In this document: one piece after another, positions 37,857 to 48,382 of the stretch
Layout: every line of letters begins with the position of its first letter
Position numbering within the stretch: position 1 is the stretch's first letter
Assembly: GCA_964371255.1 (NCBI GenBank)
Contig: CAYJKV010000002.1
Location: 66,553 to 130,552 of the forward strand
DNA from: an uncultured Candidatus Saccharibacteria bacterium
Lineage (GTDB): Bacteria; Patescibacteriota; Andersenbacteria; UBA10190
Length of the DNA stretch: 64,000 nucleotides
Reading direction: 5' to 3'
Notes under the pieces: generated by a model
Database searches by the model: none
What the model saw: only the letters and a program-made list of their open reading frames with translations
What the model was told of the DNA's origin: nothing
Program-made: the position numbers and the translations under genes

Positions 37857-38513
37857 TCTTCCGATGGCGCCGGATCGTCCCGCATCAATTTCTCTGCGAT
37901 ATGATGGCAACGCCAGCATTTCATACGTGCATCGTCCGTCATAGTTAATTTTGTTGGGATGAATTTCCCACTCATCAAAAAAATATTGTAGCGCAGTTTT
38001 GAGTGATAAATAAATGGATCCATGGTGCCAATGTGTCGCCCGGCCGAACCGCAATCGGAACCGGCGCAGCATCAAACTCTCATGCGAATAAGTATTATGG
38101 AATTCACAGATATGCGGTCCCACATAAATGTTATCAATTTCTTTTGGTTCCAGATAATTTAGCGCATTATCCAACAGGCCGTTTACTATCGTTTTTCTGC
38201 TGACATGCAATGCCAGCACTTTCTCTTCCGTCATTATTATTACCGGTGCGCAATCTGCCGTATCAATGCCGATCACCCGGTCATCATCGATAGATAGATA
38301 AATTCCATCTGCTTCTGTCTCGCTAGTTATATGTGCCGCCCGCACGATATTGCCGCCGTGTGTCTGGTTAACTTTGACTATTTGATCGTCTGTTGTTTGG
38401 TCATTTATTTCTGATACGATCCATCGTCCGAATGTTTTACCTTCAGTTTGTTTTGGCTCCCGAGCCACTTGTTTTATAAATGGCGAGGTCCCCATTGTGA
38501 AATACTTTTTCAT
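37821..38513 (-). CDS. PgeF/YfiH-family protein (DUF152 multicopper-oxidase-like; peptidoglycan editing factor family)
   Basis: 230 aa with VNQTHGGNI, ADG and TADCAPV motifs of the YfiH family. The 3' end overlaps the convergent GT4 gene by 36 nt. Confidence 0.65.
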   Translation of the reverse strand: MKKYFTMGTSPFIKQVAREPKQTEGKTFGRWIVSEINDQTTDDQIVKVNQTHGGNIVRAAHITSETEADGIYLSIDDDRVIGIDTADCAPVIIMTEEKVLALHVSRKTIVNGLLDNALNYLEPKEIDNIYVGPHICEFHNTYSHESLMLRRFRLRFGRATHWHHGSIYLSLKTALQYFFDEWEIHPNKINYDGRCTYEMLALPSYRREIDAGRSGAIGRLVTTVRHRILA

Positions 38514-40290
38514 AGCTCTCTAACTCCCATTTAACAATCTCCTCCTGCCTGATTAACAAATATTGCGCTGCTTGTAAAGCCTTTACCTGTGCTGCACGGT
38601 TTCCTTGATAAGCTTGTTTGACGTTTTCCAGCATATTATCCTCCGGTGCTAGCCAATAGTCTGCCCGGAGCATTGCTCGTCCCGTAAACATTGGTACCAT
38701 CCACGGTGCTTCGCTGGCGGCCAAAATAACATCGGTCGCCTTCGTATTTTGACGGATATATTCCAAAGCCTCCTGAGCGGGTAGGTCTATTCGTTGCTCG
38801 TCCTGCCGCATTAAATGATCATGCGCCCTGGCTCCACTGATAAGCGCCGGCAGCAAAAATATTGTGATTATCCCAACGCTTGCCCCAACTTGCGCCAGCC
38901 TGGTTATCGGCGGGGCAGACACATACCACAATCTGCGCCACTTATAAAATAAATTGATGGCACTCGGCAACAATGATGGGTAACCAACCATTAACGCGTG
39001 ATAGATAAACCTTTCACCGTTGGCGACAACAATATCCCTTTGCGATGTCAGGAACATTAAAGTTGCCATGCCCATTAAAGTTGCCATAGTCAATTCCGCG
39101 CCGCTACTCGTTCCTCTTTGGTTTAAAATTATCAACGCCAAAATAATCACGACGGGCGCTAAACGCATCAACGACTCGGCAGCGGTGTATGAAAAATGCG
39201 GCCAACCGAGGCCAGCGTCCCCGGCGGAAAAATTAGCAAACAAGACAAACCAGACAATTATTCCCGCCAGCCACAGCCCTCGCCTTCCTCTGGTTTGTTT
39301 GGCCGTTAATGATTTTTGTAAGTAGTAGACGATTGTGACTGCCACCGCCGCCGCCCCGGTGACTGCGTTGGTCAGCATCAACAGCAGCACCAACACGCCT
39401 GCCGTAACATACAGCCGCACCCGTTGCGGGCCTTCCTCCCTCTCCGCCTCAACTAATAATGTCAGGACAAGCAGCCACAGGCCCATAATAAAGAAATGGG
39501 TCTGTGGGTAGATATAACTATCCCAGGATACTGCCAGCGCATAACCAATAATTGCGGCTTGAATGATCAGGACACCAACCCGCGATCGTATTCCGAGCCA
39601 CCACACTTCCTTTTTTTCTGGTTCCGGCCACCAGGTATCCATTAACAGGAAAAACATTGGTATGGTTATGATAATTTGCAGATACGTTAAGGTCGGCAGA
39701 AAATGCATCCAGTCCATACCCCAGCCAAAAGCTTTTATCAGTGTGGCTAAGCCGGCGTGCCACAACGATGGATACTCCAAGTATTCATTCGCGGCAAATG
39801 GGTTACCGCTTACCAGACCTTCCTCTAATAGAGACCTTTGCACTAAGGTCACCATTGTCATCGTGTCCCCATTATAAAATCCATGCGTTACCCAGGCGCT
39901 ATTCTGGAAACCATTTCTGCTTTGCACTAACCAACTGGCCAGCAGCACGCCTGCTAATACGAACACTACCGCCGCATCCCTTCGCCCGCTGCCTGCCTTG
40001 TGGTAAGGCCATGACCACTGTTTGAATATTAACAGCCAAGGTACTAAACAAACTAAAGCGCCGGCTAAGAAGAACGTCTCCAGATTTATGGCCTGTCCGA
40101 TGGTTCTTTTAATGAGAACTAATACCAGCCATTGGGCTTCCCAGAACGTCCCGGCACAAGCCAGTAGGGTCAATGTTCGCTGATGTTTAAATAATATTCC
40201 CGCTGCTAGCACGGAAGATATCGCTAATATTACTATCGTCACCATCATATTTTCATCATCTATCATCTGCACCCAAATATCCAGTTTCAC
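38443..40290 (-). CDS. large polytopic membrane protein, GT-C-like (candidate polyprenyl-phosphate-sugar-dependent glycosyltransferase)
   Basis: 615 aa with at least 12 predicted TM helices and loops rich in aromatic residues. No soluble catalytic motif recognised. It sits between two Dpm1-like GT2 genes. Confidence 0.45.
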   Translation of the reverse strand: MKLDIWVQMIDDENMMVTIVILAISSVLAAGILFKHQRTLTLLACAGTFWEAQWLVLVLIKRTIGQAINLETFFLAGALVCLVPWLLIFKQWSWPYHKAGSGRRDAAVVFVLAGVLLASWLVQSRNGFQNSAWVTHGFYNGDTMTMVTLVQRSLLEEGLVSGNPFAANEYLEYPSLWHAGLATLIKAFGWGMDWMHFLPTLTYLQIIITIPMFFLLMDTWWPEPEKKEVWWLGIRSRVGVLIIQAAIIGYALAVSWDSYIYPQTHFFIMGLWLLVLTLLVEAEREEGPQRVRLYVTAGVLVLLLMLTNAVTGAAAVAVTIVYYLQKSLTAKQTRGRRGLWLAGIIVWFVLFANFSAGDAGLGWPHFSYTAAESLMRLAPVVIILALIILNQRGTSSGAELTMATLMGMATLMFLTSQRDIVVANGERFIYHALMVGYPSLLPSAINLFYKWRRLWYVSAPPITRLAQVGASVGIITIFLLPALISGARAHDHLMRQDEQRIDLPAQEALEYIRQNTKATDVILAASEAPWMVPMFTGRAMLRADYWLAPEDNMLENVKQAYQGNRAAQVKALQAAQYLLIRQEEIVKWELESYEKVFHNGDLAIYKTSGSGAKTN

Positions 40291-40345
40291 CTGCTGGTTA
40301 TTTGTTACTTGCTTAAAAATCCCTTAAATTTATATTCATATATCT

Positions 40346-41074
40346 ATGCTTCCCCGGCCATCCCTCACGCTTAGCTTAATTATACCCGCCTACAACGAGG
40401 CTGTTCGCCTGCCTGTCTTTTTATCCAGTATCGTTAATTTCCATCAAGCTCACCCCGGCTATATCACAGAAATAATTTTGGTCGATGACGGGAGTACGGA
40501 TGCGACGGTGGCTGTGGCTCAGCAGTCTTCTTCCCGACTCCCTCTGAAAATTATTGTTTTACCGGTAAATCAAGGTAAGGGAGCCGCCGTTGCGGCCGGT
40601 ATTAAGCAGGCCCGTGGCGATGTCATAGTTTTTATGGACGCCGACGGCGCTACCGACATTTCTGAATTACCGAAAATGATAGCCGCTTTACAAAATTCTG
40701 ATATTGCTATTGGTAACCGTTGGCTTCCCGGCTCGAACACGCAGCGACATTCGCTCCTTCGCCGCTTTTCCGGCTGGACTTACCGGCGCTATATGGGACT
40801 GTTTAATATGAGTCAGATTGATACCATGTGCGGTTTCAAAGGATATCGCCGGAAGGTAGCGGCCAGCCTGTTCGCCAATCTACTGGAGCCTCGCTGGCTA
40901 TTCGATACGGAAATTGCTTACAAGGCCACCCTCGCCGGTTACACTATTACCAATTTCCCCATTCACTGGGAATCTAAAGATGGCAGTAAGCTTGGTACCT
41001 TAACACTCCTTAAATCCGCCTTAGGAATTTATCCCCTGATTTCTAGGATAAATAAAGACCACCAGGAAACTTGA
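40346..41074 (+). CDS. GT2 dolichyl/polyprenyl-phosphate hexosyltransferase (Dpm1-like)
   Basis: 242 aa with LSLIIPAYNEAVRL...ILVDDGSTDAT...NQGKGAAV...FMDADGATD, the Dpm1/PpmI-type catalytic domain without TM. Confidence 0.85.
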   Translation: MLPRPSLTLSLIIPAYNEAVRLPVFLSSIVNFHQAHPGYITEIILVDDGSTDATVAVAQQSSSRLPLKIIVLPVNQGKGAAVAAGIKQARGDVIVFMDADGATDISELPKMIAALQNSDIAIGNRWLPGSNTQRHSLLRRFSGWTYRRYMGLFNMSQIDTMCGFKGYRRKVAASLFANLLEPRWLFDTEIAYKATLAGYTITNFPIHWESKDGSKLGTLTLLKSALGIYPLISRINKDHQET

Positions 41075-41383
41075 TGTGGTTGAATCTGACATACTATTCT
41101 GCTCTTCCTCAAGCAGCGTCAATTGCCCTGTTGGTCTGACATTTTATCTTCATCAAAATATTTTCGTCATTTTGTTTACTAGATTTTGATGCTCAATCAA
41201 TCCCGTGGTCTTTCTAACCGTCGTCCTTCGGCCACGAGACCTAGTGGCTGATCGGACGGAAGTGAATTTAGTATCGGTCGCTATCTACCTCCCGACTTGC
41301 ATACAGCCAAGATTTGCGCTATATGTCATACTTCTAATTAACTATTCCCTCTTTTCTCTCTTTCCATTTTTTGTAAACAAATT

Positions 41384-42514
41384 ATGAAAATTGCGTTTGT
41401 CACAACCCAGTCAGCTAATGGCTCAACCCTGATCGGGCGTACGTTGCCGGTTGCTAAATACATCGCGTCTAAGCATGAGGTTCATCTGTTGGCTTTTGCC
41501 CCCCTGCCGGCCGTAGCCGGCCTGACCTGTCATGCGACTGGTCGTGATCCTTTTACGCGTACTCGACATGGCAAGAAACGTTTACGGTCCTGGCCTTTGC
41601 TGTTCAACATGCTTTCCTCTGCCTTGTCTATCGCCTGGCACCTCGGTCGCATTAATCCTGACCGGGTGGTGATTGTTAAAACCTTGCCCCACAACGTTCT
41701 CGGTGTTCGTTTATGGCACCTCGCTCACCCGCGTCGTCGGGTAATCATTGACGTTGACGATTTTGAGCTAACAGCCAACCGCCTAACATCTTTCTGGCAG
41801 CGCGCCTCCATCCATTGGGCACAGCGCTGTGCAGCTCATCTGTCCAGCCACGTTATCACCGCCACGCCATTCCTCTCTGATTATTTTTCCAATCTTCGGC
41901 CTGCTGCCGCCGTCACGCTTATCCCGACCGGTCTTGATCCAATAGCCCCGCCGGTCTATTCCGCGCAGCCGCACCTTGCCTACTTCGGCAGTCTTTCCAT
42001 CTCCTCCGGCCATCGCGTCGATTTTCTAGCAGAGATTTTATCAGCCACCCTTAAATCATTTCCTCATGCTAAACTAATCATCGCTGGGACTGGCGATGAT
42101 GAACATGCCCTAAAAGAATCATTTGTCAGCCTTGGTATCGCCCAGTCTGTTATCTGGCACGGTCGTTTTTCTCAAACCGATATCCCTATGCTGATAAAAA
42201 ATACAGCAATCATAGTCGATCCTATTGATTCCTCAGTGGCTAATCGCGCGAAGAGCAGCTTTCGCGTCCTGCTGGCGGCTAGCGTCGGCTTACCGGTTGT
42301 TACCAGCGACGTCGGCCTCCGGCCAATGCTCCTTCCTTCCTCTTTGCACCACCGTTTTTTTGCCGACCCCACCCCAGCGTCTATGACAAGCCAAATTGTC
42401 AATTTATTGACCAATCCTTTATCCCCGGCCGATCGACAGCTACTAGTCTCACACACCGCCCCCTATTATTGGTCGCGGCTCGCTCACGACTATCAGTGTA
42501 TTCTTGAGTCATGA
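41384..42514 (+). CDS. GT-B glycosyltransferase-like protein (divergent GT4 / group 1)
   Basis: 376 aa beginning MKIAFVTTQSANGSTLIGRTLPVAKYI, with a C-terminal Rossmann-like half (LIIAGTGDDEH...GLPVVTSDVG). Confidence 0.5.
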   Translation: MKIAFVTTQSANGSTLIGRTLPVAKYIASKHEVHLLAFAPLPAVAGLTCHATGRDPFTRTRHGKKRLRSWPLLFNMLSSALSIAWHLGRINPDRVVIVKTLPHNVLGVRLWHLAHPRRRVIIDVDDFELTANRLTSFWQRASIHWAQRCAAHLSSHVITATPFLSDYFSNLRPAAAVTLIPTGLDPIAPPVYSAQPHLAYFGSLSISSGHRVDFLAEILSATLKSFPHAKLIIAGTGDDEHALKESFVSLGIAQSVIWHGRFSQTDIPMLIKNTAIIVDPIDSSVANRAKSSFRVLLAASVGLPVVTSDVGLRPMLLPSSLHHRFFADPTPASMTSQIVNLLTNPLSPADRQLLVSHTAPYYWSRLAHDYQCILES

Positions 42515-44835
42515 CTTGGATTGCTCCAGCTCTGCCACCCTTGGCGTCATTAGCCGTTACCTTCTTGCCCGGCCTCTTCATCATTCGCGGCACTGGGCGC
42601 ATCTCCACCTTTCTGCCCCAATTAGCTCGAGCAATTTTATGGAGCCTGACCATCAATGCTCTGCTGGCGCTGCTGTTATCGGCCGTGCACTTACCGCCGG
42701 CCTTGGTCTTCCTGGTCGGACCAATTACCGCCTGCCTGGTTTTTTCTCGCCACTGGTCTCGTATTAAGGCCCGTCATGTCCCTATCATTCTTTCTTCGCT
42801 CTTAATGTTTTTGCTAACTTTTTTAGTCTTCAGTCTTCCCTTCCTCACTATACAAAATGGTCTGCCGACAGGTGACTCGCAAAAATCTATCTATTGGGCT
42901 AAGTACATTCTCGACCAGCAATCGTTGCCGGATTATTCCCTCTCTTTTGCTCAGCTCAATCGTGATCCGGTAGATTTTTATACCCCGGCTTTACATGCTG
43001 TAACCGCCGCTGTGATGCAGGTTTCTTCCCCCGGCTCCCACCCCTGGCTTGACTATACCGCCGTTGGTTTTTTAGCCATTGCTTTATCACTCGCGACAGC
43101 AGTGATCGCCCTCTCTCTCGTGCCATTAATAATGAAACCTTCCGGCCTGTCTCTCGTTTTGGTCATTACCCCCCTCATGTTATTGACCCATTTCAGGTTT
43201 CTACGGTATTTGCGCGAGCCAGGTTATCATCTGCAAAATATCGCTGGTGAGTTATTGCTCTTCGGCGGTTTGCTCTTACTGCTATCGCTGCTGCACCAAC
43301 CTAAAAAATCAGACGTGGTATTGCTCCTGTTGGTGTCCGTGACTCTTGGCTTAACGCACCAATTCTCAGCGTTTCTATCCGCCTTTGTCTGGCTTCCCGC
43401 TGTTATTGTCCTTCTGACGACTTACTGGACGAAACTAAAATCGTCCGGCCATTTGCCCCGTCTAATTCCGCTGGCCGCTCTAGTCTTAGTTGGCTTGTTG
43501 TCGCTGTTAGTTGCTCTCGATCTGGTTCAAAAAATTCCTCACCTCTTCAATACTAAACCGCACTTGTTGATTTTAACGCCCACTCCCACTGATTATCTGG
43601 ATCTTTTGGGTGCCGTATGGTTAATGTTGGCTCTGGTCGGTTTATATTTTATTTATTATTCAAGTCATTACCTCACAGCGAAGATCTTTGTTTATTCCAC
43701 CTTACTTTTATTAGGCATGTCCCAAGCCCCGCGCTTTTATATTGATATCCCGCCGGTCCGCGCTCTCCTCTATGCCGTTGTTCCTTTAAGCATTGCTGGT
43801 GCGGTTGGCTTGAGCGATCTTTTGCTTCGTCTGATTCGCCGACATTCCCCGGCGGCGCTCGGGACTGCGCTCTTGCTCATCTTAGTCGTAACAGCGTCCA
43901 TGTTTGCGTCAGTTTCCCAGGCTTTTCAATTATCCCATAATGTTCGTACCAACTCGACGATGCTACCCGAGCATTGGCCTTTATTAACTTTTTTACAAGC
44001 ACAAACTGACCAGGCCTCCGTGTTATATGATGATTATAACCGTCGTTCGTCATCGTGGCTGATTATGTCCGGCCATCCGGTCTTCGCCCGCCTGTCCTCT
44101 GATTTGAAAGTCCAAATGCAGGAAGCAAAGCAATCTACCACTCGTCAGGCATTATATTTAAAACAGCTCGACTTCGAAAAGATCTATCTGCTCGGCAGCC
44201 AGCCGGCTATCTCCACCTTGCTTGACAAATATAATATCAAGTGGTTAGTCGGGGTGGTTAATAGTTCGAGCGAGTCTTTCACGGTTAATCCGGCTTTTCA
44301 GGTCATCCAAACCGGCAGCGACCTGACCTTGTTTTCTCCGCGGTCTAATTCTTCGCCGCTGCGTGCATCCGACACTGATTATACCAAATGGCTTTTCCGC
44401 CCTACCACGCTCGCCAACGATCTGGGCGACCCGGAAGATACCTTTTTGCATTTACCCGCTAGCCTCCGGGCTACCCGCTTGTCTGCGCCTCAAGTCAGCG
44501 GGCCAATAACGTTTCGTACATCAACTGCCCCGCTGATACCTCTCTATTTCAATATCAATGACTATGTGTCGATTCTGTGGGATCAAGACGGAAACAATTT
44601 CCCCGACAACCTAGTGCAGCTTTCTGTGAGGACCGTTGAAGCCGACGGCCAACTTAGCATTACCTTTGGCGATGGCTTAACTATAGCGCTATCGGCTGAT
44701 GGCACGCCCGCCAATATCCCGGCCCGCGCGATTGATTTATCGGCGGCCCCCTATCTGATCTTTACGATTAATAATCCCTCCCAGCAGCCTGTTAACCTTG
44801 ACCTTATTGCCCTCGGTTTGTCTCGCACGCCTTAA
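42511..44835 (+). CDS. large polytopic membrane protein with a C-terminal extracytoplasmic domain (GT-C-like)
   Basis: 774 aa with about 14 TM helices in the first ~470 aa, then a soluble ~300-aa domain. ATGA overlap with the upstream gene. Confidence 0.45.
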   Translation: MTWIAPALPPLASLAVTFLPGLFIIRGTGRISTFLPQLARAILWSLTINALLALLLSAVHLPPALVFLVGPITACLVFSRHWSRIKARHVPIILSSLLMFLLTFLVFSLPFLTIQNGLPTGDSQKSIYWAKYILDQQSLPDYSLSFAQLNRDPVDFYTPALHAVTAAVMQVSSPGSHPWLDYTAVGFLAIALSLATAVIALSLVPLIMKPSGLSLVLVITPLMLLTHFRFLRYLREPGYHLQNIAGELLLFGGLLLLLSLLHQPKKSDVVLLLLVSVTLGLTHQFSAFLSAFVWLPAVIVLLTTYWTKLKSSGHLPRLIPLAALVLVGLLSLLVALDLVQKIPHLFNTKPHLLILTPTPTDYLDLLGAVWLMLALVGLYFIYYSSHYLTAKIFVYSTLLLLGMSQAPRFYIDIPPVRALLYAVVPLSIAGAVGLSDLLLRLIRRHSPAALGTALLLILVVTASMFASVSQAFQLSHNVRTNSTMLPEHWPLLTFLQAQTDQASVLYDDYNRRSSSWLIMSGHPVFARLSSDLKVQMQEAKQSTTRQALYLKQLDFEKIYLLGSQPAISTLLDKYNIKWLVGVVNSSSESFTVNPAFQVIQTGSDLTLFSPRSNSSPLRASDTDYTKWLFRPTTLANDLGDPEDTFLHLPASLRATRLSAPQVSGPITFRTSTAPLIPLYFNINDYVSILWDQDGNNFPDNLVQLSVRTVEADGQLSITFGDGLTIALSADGTPANIPARAIDLSAAPYLIFTINNPSQQPVNLDLIALGLSRTP

Positions 44836-44883
44836 TGTGATAAAGATGCTACTAGTCATAACCCATCCTAATTTGTTTGCACT

Positions 44884-46332
44884 ATGAGTCAGTCACGTTT
44901 TAGTGGGGCCGTTTCGCTGATGATTGCTCAAGCGGTTGTCCTATTACTTGGTTGGATCACTCATCCGATCATTGGTCGCATCCTCGGGCCTGGTCCGTAC
45001 GGCATTTATGGGGTTGTCTTATCTATTCAAACCATCCTCGGCCTATTTCTGGCCCTGGGTGTGCCAATGGCCATCTCTCGTTTCGTCGCCCAAGATCCGT
45101 CTCACTCCCGTAGCATATTAATGCAGGCCTTACGCATTCAGTTAATAATTGCTGTCGGTTTGTCAGTCCTCACTTTCTTATTCAGTCCCATGATTGCCCG
45201 ATCCCTAAATGACCCTGCTCTCGATTCCTATTTACGATTTGTCTCGTTGGTGCTGCTTCTTCAGGCCGGTTATCCGATATTTGTGCAGTTTCTCAGCGGT
45301 CTGCACTTATTCAACCGTCAAGCCTGGCTTAATATTTTTTATGCGGTCGTTAAGTTAACGGGTGCCTTGTCGCTGATTTTTGTCTGGCATGTTTACGGCG
45401 CTTTTGCCGGATTTGCGATCGGCGGCATATCAGCGGCGCTCTTGGGCTGGTATTGGACTCGCCATCTGGGTTCCGGCGACCAACTTAAGCTGCCATTAAA
45501 GAATTTTCTCTCTTTCGCCGGCATCTATGTGTTGATTTCTGTTGGGTTGCAACTATTAATCAGTCTTGACCTGTTCATGGTCAAAGCCATCCTTCAAGAC
45601 AATGTCGTCGCCGGTTATTATAACGCCGCCGTCACCTTATCACGCATTTCCTTTATGCTGCTCCAAAGTCTAACTTTCGTTCTCTTGCCTAGTGTGTCCG
45701 CCTTAACTCGGCCGGGTGCCGACCATAAGCAAGCAGCGATTTTTATCAGCGATAGCTTACGTTATCTGATTATGCTGATCATCCCGGCGACTGCCTTAGC
45801 CGCCGCTACCAGTCGCTCTTTGTTGCGACTTTTTTACTCGGCCCAATACGATCCGGCCGCCACACCTTTATCCATTTTAATGATCGGTTTAGCCGCCATT
45901 GCCTTCTTTCTTTTGCTGGCCAATATCGTCTCCGGTGCCGGCCGAGCCAAAGTCGCTTTGTTTGGCACTGTTATTATTTTAGTCATCAGCCCCTTGCTTG
46001 GTTTATATCTAATCCCAAACTTTGGTTTGATCGGAGCGGCCTGGCAAACCACTATCGCTGGTCTGGTCGGCTTAGTTGGTTTGGCGGTATATACCTTCTA
46101 CACTTTTCACCTGCCCGTACCTTACCCCAGCCTGCTTAATATTATAATTGGCAGCGCCATCGCTGTTCTCCCCACTTATTTCTGGCACGTTTTGCCCCTC
46201 TTCTTGCCGTTGCAGTATCTTGTGTTGCTGTCTGTTTATATTTTGGCGCTATTTGTCCTGCGGGAAATCAGACCCGGCGACCGGCAATTAATAGCCAACC
46301 TCCATCCGCTGCTCAAATGGATCGCTCGCTGA
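44884..46332 (+). CDS. Wzx-like oligosaccharide flippase (MOP superfamily, polysaccharide biosynthesis protein family)
   Basis: 482 aa with 12-14 TM helices and the Wzx/PST-family layout with short loops. Confidence 0.65.
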   Translation: MSQSRFSGAVSLMIAQAVVLLLGWITHPIIGRILGPGPYGIYGVVLSIQTILGLFLALGVPMAISRFVAQDPSHSRSILMQALRIQLIIAVGLSVLTFLFSPMIARSLNDPALDSYLRFVSLVLLLQAGYPIFVQFLSGLHLFNRQAWLNIFYAVVKLTGALSLIFVWHVYGAFAGFAIGGISAALLGWYWTRHLGSGDQLKLPLKNFLSFAGIYVLISVGLQLLISLDLFMVKAILQDNVVAGYYNAAVTLSRISFMLLQSLTFVLLPSVSALTRPGADHKQAAIFISDSLRYLIMLIIPATALAAATSRSLLRLFYSAQYDPAATPLSILMIGLAAIAFFLLLANIVSGAGRAKVALFGTVIILVISPLLGLYLIPNFGLIGAAWQTTIAGLVGLVGLAVYTFYTFHLPVPYPSLLNIIIGSAIAVLPTYFWHVLPLFLPLQYLVLLSVYILALFVLREIRPGDRQLIANLHPLLKWIAR

Positions 46333-46916
46333 TGAAACGTTTTTTTACAATTTCCTTAATCGGCCTGGTTCTGATTATTCTCTTCTTGGCAGCAAATTTC
46401 TTCCGTTCGTCTTCAGTCGCCGCTGGTTCTTTAGAAAATATTGATGGCATACCTTTTCCATTAGACGCCAATCGTCCCTTAGTCACGGAAAAGTTAGCCC
46501 ATGCTGATCTTTACCTTAATCATTCGCGTTTTGCCAGACGTCTGGAGCTGTCCATCACTTTCACCCCCCTGGGCCTTACTGGGTTGGCCGTGGGCATTAG
46601 AGATAATTCTTTTTGGCTCAGCTATAATAAAATAAATTTGTGCTGCTCAGAGGCTGAATTAGCGCAGCCAAATATTCCCTTAACTAAACTGATCACCATC
46701 CCAGTCACAGACAAATTGGCCGACCAGGATGGCTCGCTGGACCTTATGTTTTTTGCCACCTACCCCAACAGTCAATTAACCGAAGATGAGGGAGTATACG
46801 ATCGCACGCAATGGTTATTAAACAATTTAACAATAATTAATCGACCCGCTTGGCCTGACCTATCTTCCCTCCGGGACTTTATCAAATCCTCACTGCTCCG
46901 CGAACGTGCCTTATGA
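46317..46916 (+). CDS. hypothetical protein with an N-terminal signal-anchor
   Basis: 199 aa with N-terminal TM helix FTISLIGLVLIILFLAANFF. No family recognised. Overlaps its neighbours at both ends. Confidence 0.4.
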   Translation: MDRSLMKRFFTISLIGLVLIILFLAANFFRSSSVAAGSLENIDGIPFPLDANRPLVTEKLAHADLYLNHSRFARRLELSITFTPLGLTGLAVGIRDNSFWLSYNKINLCCSEAELAQPNIPLTKLITIPVTDKLADQDGSLDLMFFATYPNSQLTEDEGVYDRTQWLLNNLTIINRPAWPDLSSLRDFIKSSLLRERAL

Positions 46917-48382
46917 AAAAATCCTTCCGTCTAATATTAATTATGCTCTTTCTTCTCTCTTCCATCGGCCTTTTTTCTATCAACACCGAGCGAGAATTTG
47001 TCAGCTATACGCCGCAAGAGGGGGAATCAGGCGTTGTGCTTGGTTCGGATGCCGCTTACCGGCAGACTTTTGTTACCGAGCGTCATTCCATTAGCCGTCT
47101 GACGTTGTTCCTACGTCCGCTGATCAGTGAGCTGCCGCCGGCCTCTTTCACCGTCAATTTATCTACTGGAGACACTGTAAGAAAAAGCACGACTGTACCC
47201 GCCTCCCTTGTTGACCGGGATGGCGCTACGCAAATCAAGTTCCCCTCTCCCCTGCCCACCACTCCCGGTGACACCATCACTCTGACTATCGATATACCTG
47301 CCTCATTACACAATTTGCTCCGCGCTCAGGTTGTCAGTGCGGCGGATAATCCTGACATATCTGACATTTCTTTTTTCGTCAATGATGCCCAACAGCCGCT
47401 ACCCCTTGCCTTCCAATTATTTTATGATTATCGACCTCCGCTGTCTTATCAATTGGCTATTTATCTGATCTTTATTTGTATTTGGCTGGCCTCTCAGCGC
47501 TCTCTCCTCCATCCCGCGATCATCACCTCATATGTCATTGCGAGTGTTCTTGCCTTCTTAAGCCCGATGATCCTGTTAACCTCGATCAACTGGTTTCTGG
47601 CCATTGCCTTTGTCCTGGCCGTGGGCGGCATGATATTATTGCTTCGGACTTACGGCCTGACTCCGCCTAGCATCTTTCTGGGGGCTAACGCCTTTGGCTT
47701 TTCCACTTATTTTGCTCTCCATGCCCAGTCCGGGCGTGATCTATTACTACTATTTTCGCTATTGCCCTGGCTGTTTTTACTGTCGCGCCCTTCCATAAAA
47801 TCGCCGCTCCGATTCATGAGCTTGGCCGTTCTGTTGTGTGGCTTGCTGATTTTTCTGCTGCTGGCCCACTACCGCGCACCAAGCGTCACTCCCCTCCTGG
47901 TGGCTAATCTTAAGGATATTTTACTAGATCCCAACCAAATCCCAACCGCAGACAAGTTTCAAGCGGCCTACTATGCTCTGCAAATACCTCGTGGCGATCC
48001 GGCCACTATTCTCGCTGCGGGTGGTTGGGATAACTTCGGTAGTTATTTGGGGTATCTAAATCTTCCCTTCGCTCTTGTTGGTTTATTATTTTATTCTAAG
48101 CAGTCTCGCGGCATCGCTCTGCTTGGGGCATTAGGATTCCTCGTCGCTGCCTTCTCGCCCCTGACTACGCTGTTAGTACCTTCGCTGTGGTTTCCGCCGC
48201 AATATTTGATCATTCTTCTGTCTTTCGCTCTGGCGTTTTTCAGCGCCTTCGGCTTGGAAAAACTGCGTCTTTTCCTTGGTTTACACCCGGTCACCACGTT
48301 CATCGTATCTTCCCTGGCCGTAATTGCCCTGTTCGATTTGCTCAACGTTACTAGCAAAACATTGCAGTTTGGCTTGCTATGA
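46913..48382 (+). CDS. hypothetical membrane protein (N-terminal anchor, beta-rich middle domain, C-terminal polytopic region)
   Basis: 489 aa. No family recognised. ATGA overlaps on both sides. Confidence 0.4.
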   Translation: MKKSFRLILIMLFLLSSIGLFSINTEREFVSYTPQEGESGVVLGSDAAYRQTFVTERHSISRLTLFLRPLISELPPASFTVNLSTGDTVRKSTTVPASLVDRDGATQIKFPSPLPTTPGDTITLTIDIPASLHNLLRAQVVSAADNPDISDISFFVNDAQQPLPLAFQLFYDYRPPLSYQLAIYLIFICIWLASQRSLLHPAIITSYVIASVLAFLSPMILLTSINWFLAIAFVLAVGGMILLLRTYGLTPPSIFLGANAFGFSTYFALHAQSGRDLLLLFSLLPWLFLLSRPSIKSPLRFMSLAVLLCGLLIFLLLAHYRAPSVTPLLVANLKDILLDPNQIPTADKFQAAYYALQIPRGDPATILAAGGWDNFGSYLGYLNLPFALVGLLFYSKQSRGIALLGALGFLVAAFSPLTTLLVPSLWFPPQYLIILLSFALAFFSAFGLEKLRLFLGLHPVTTFIVSSLAVIALFDLLNVTSKTLQFGLL

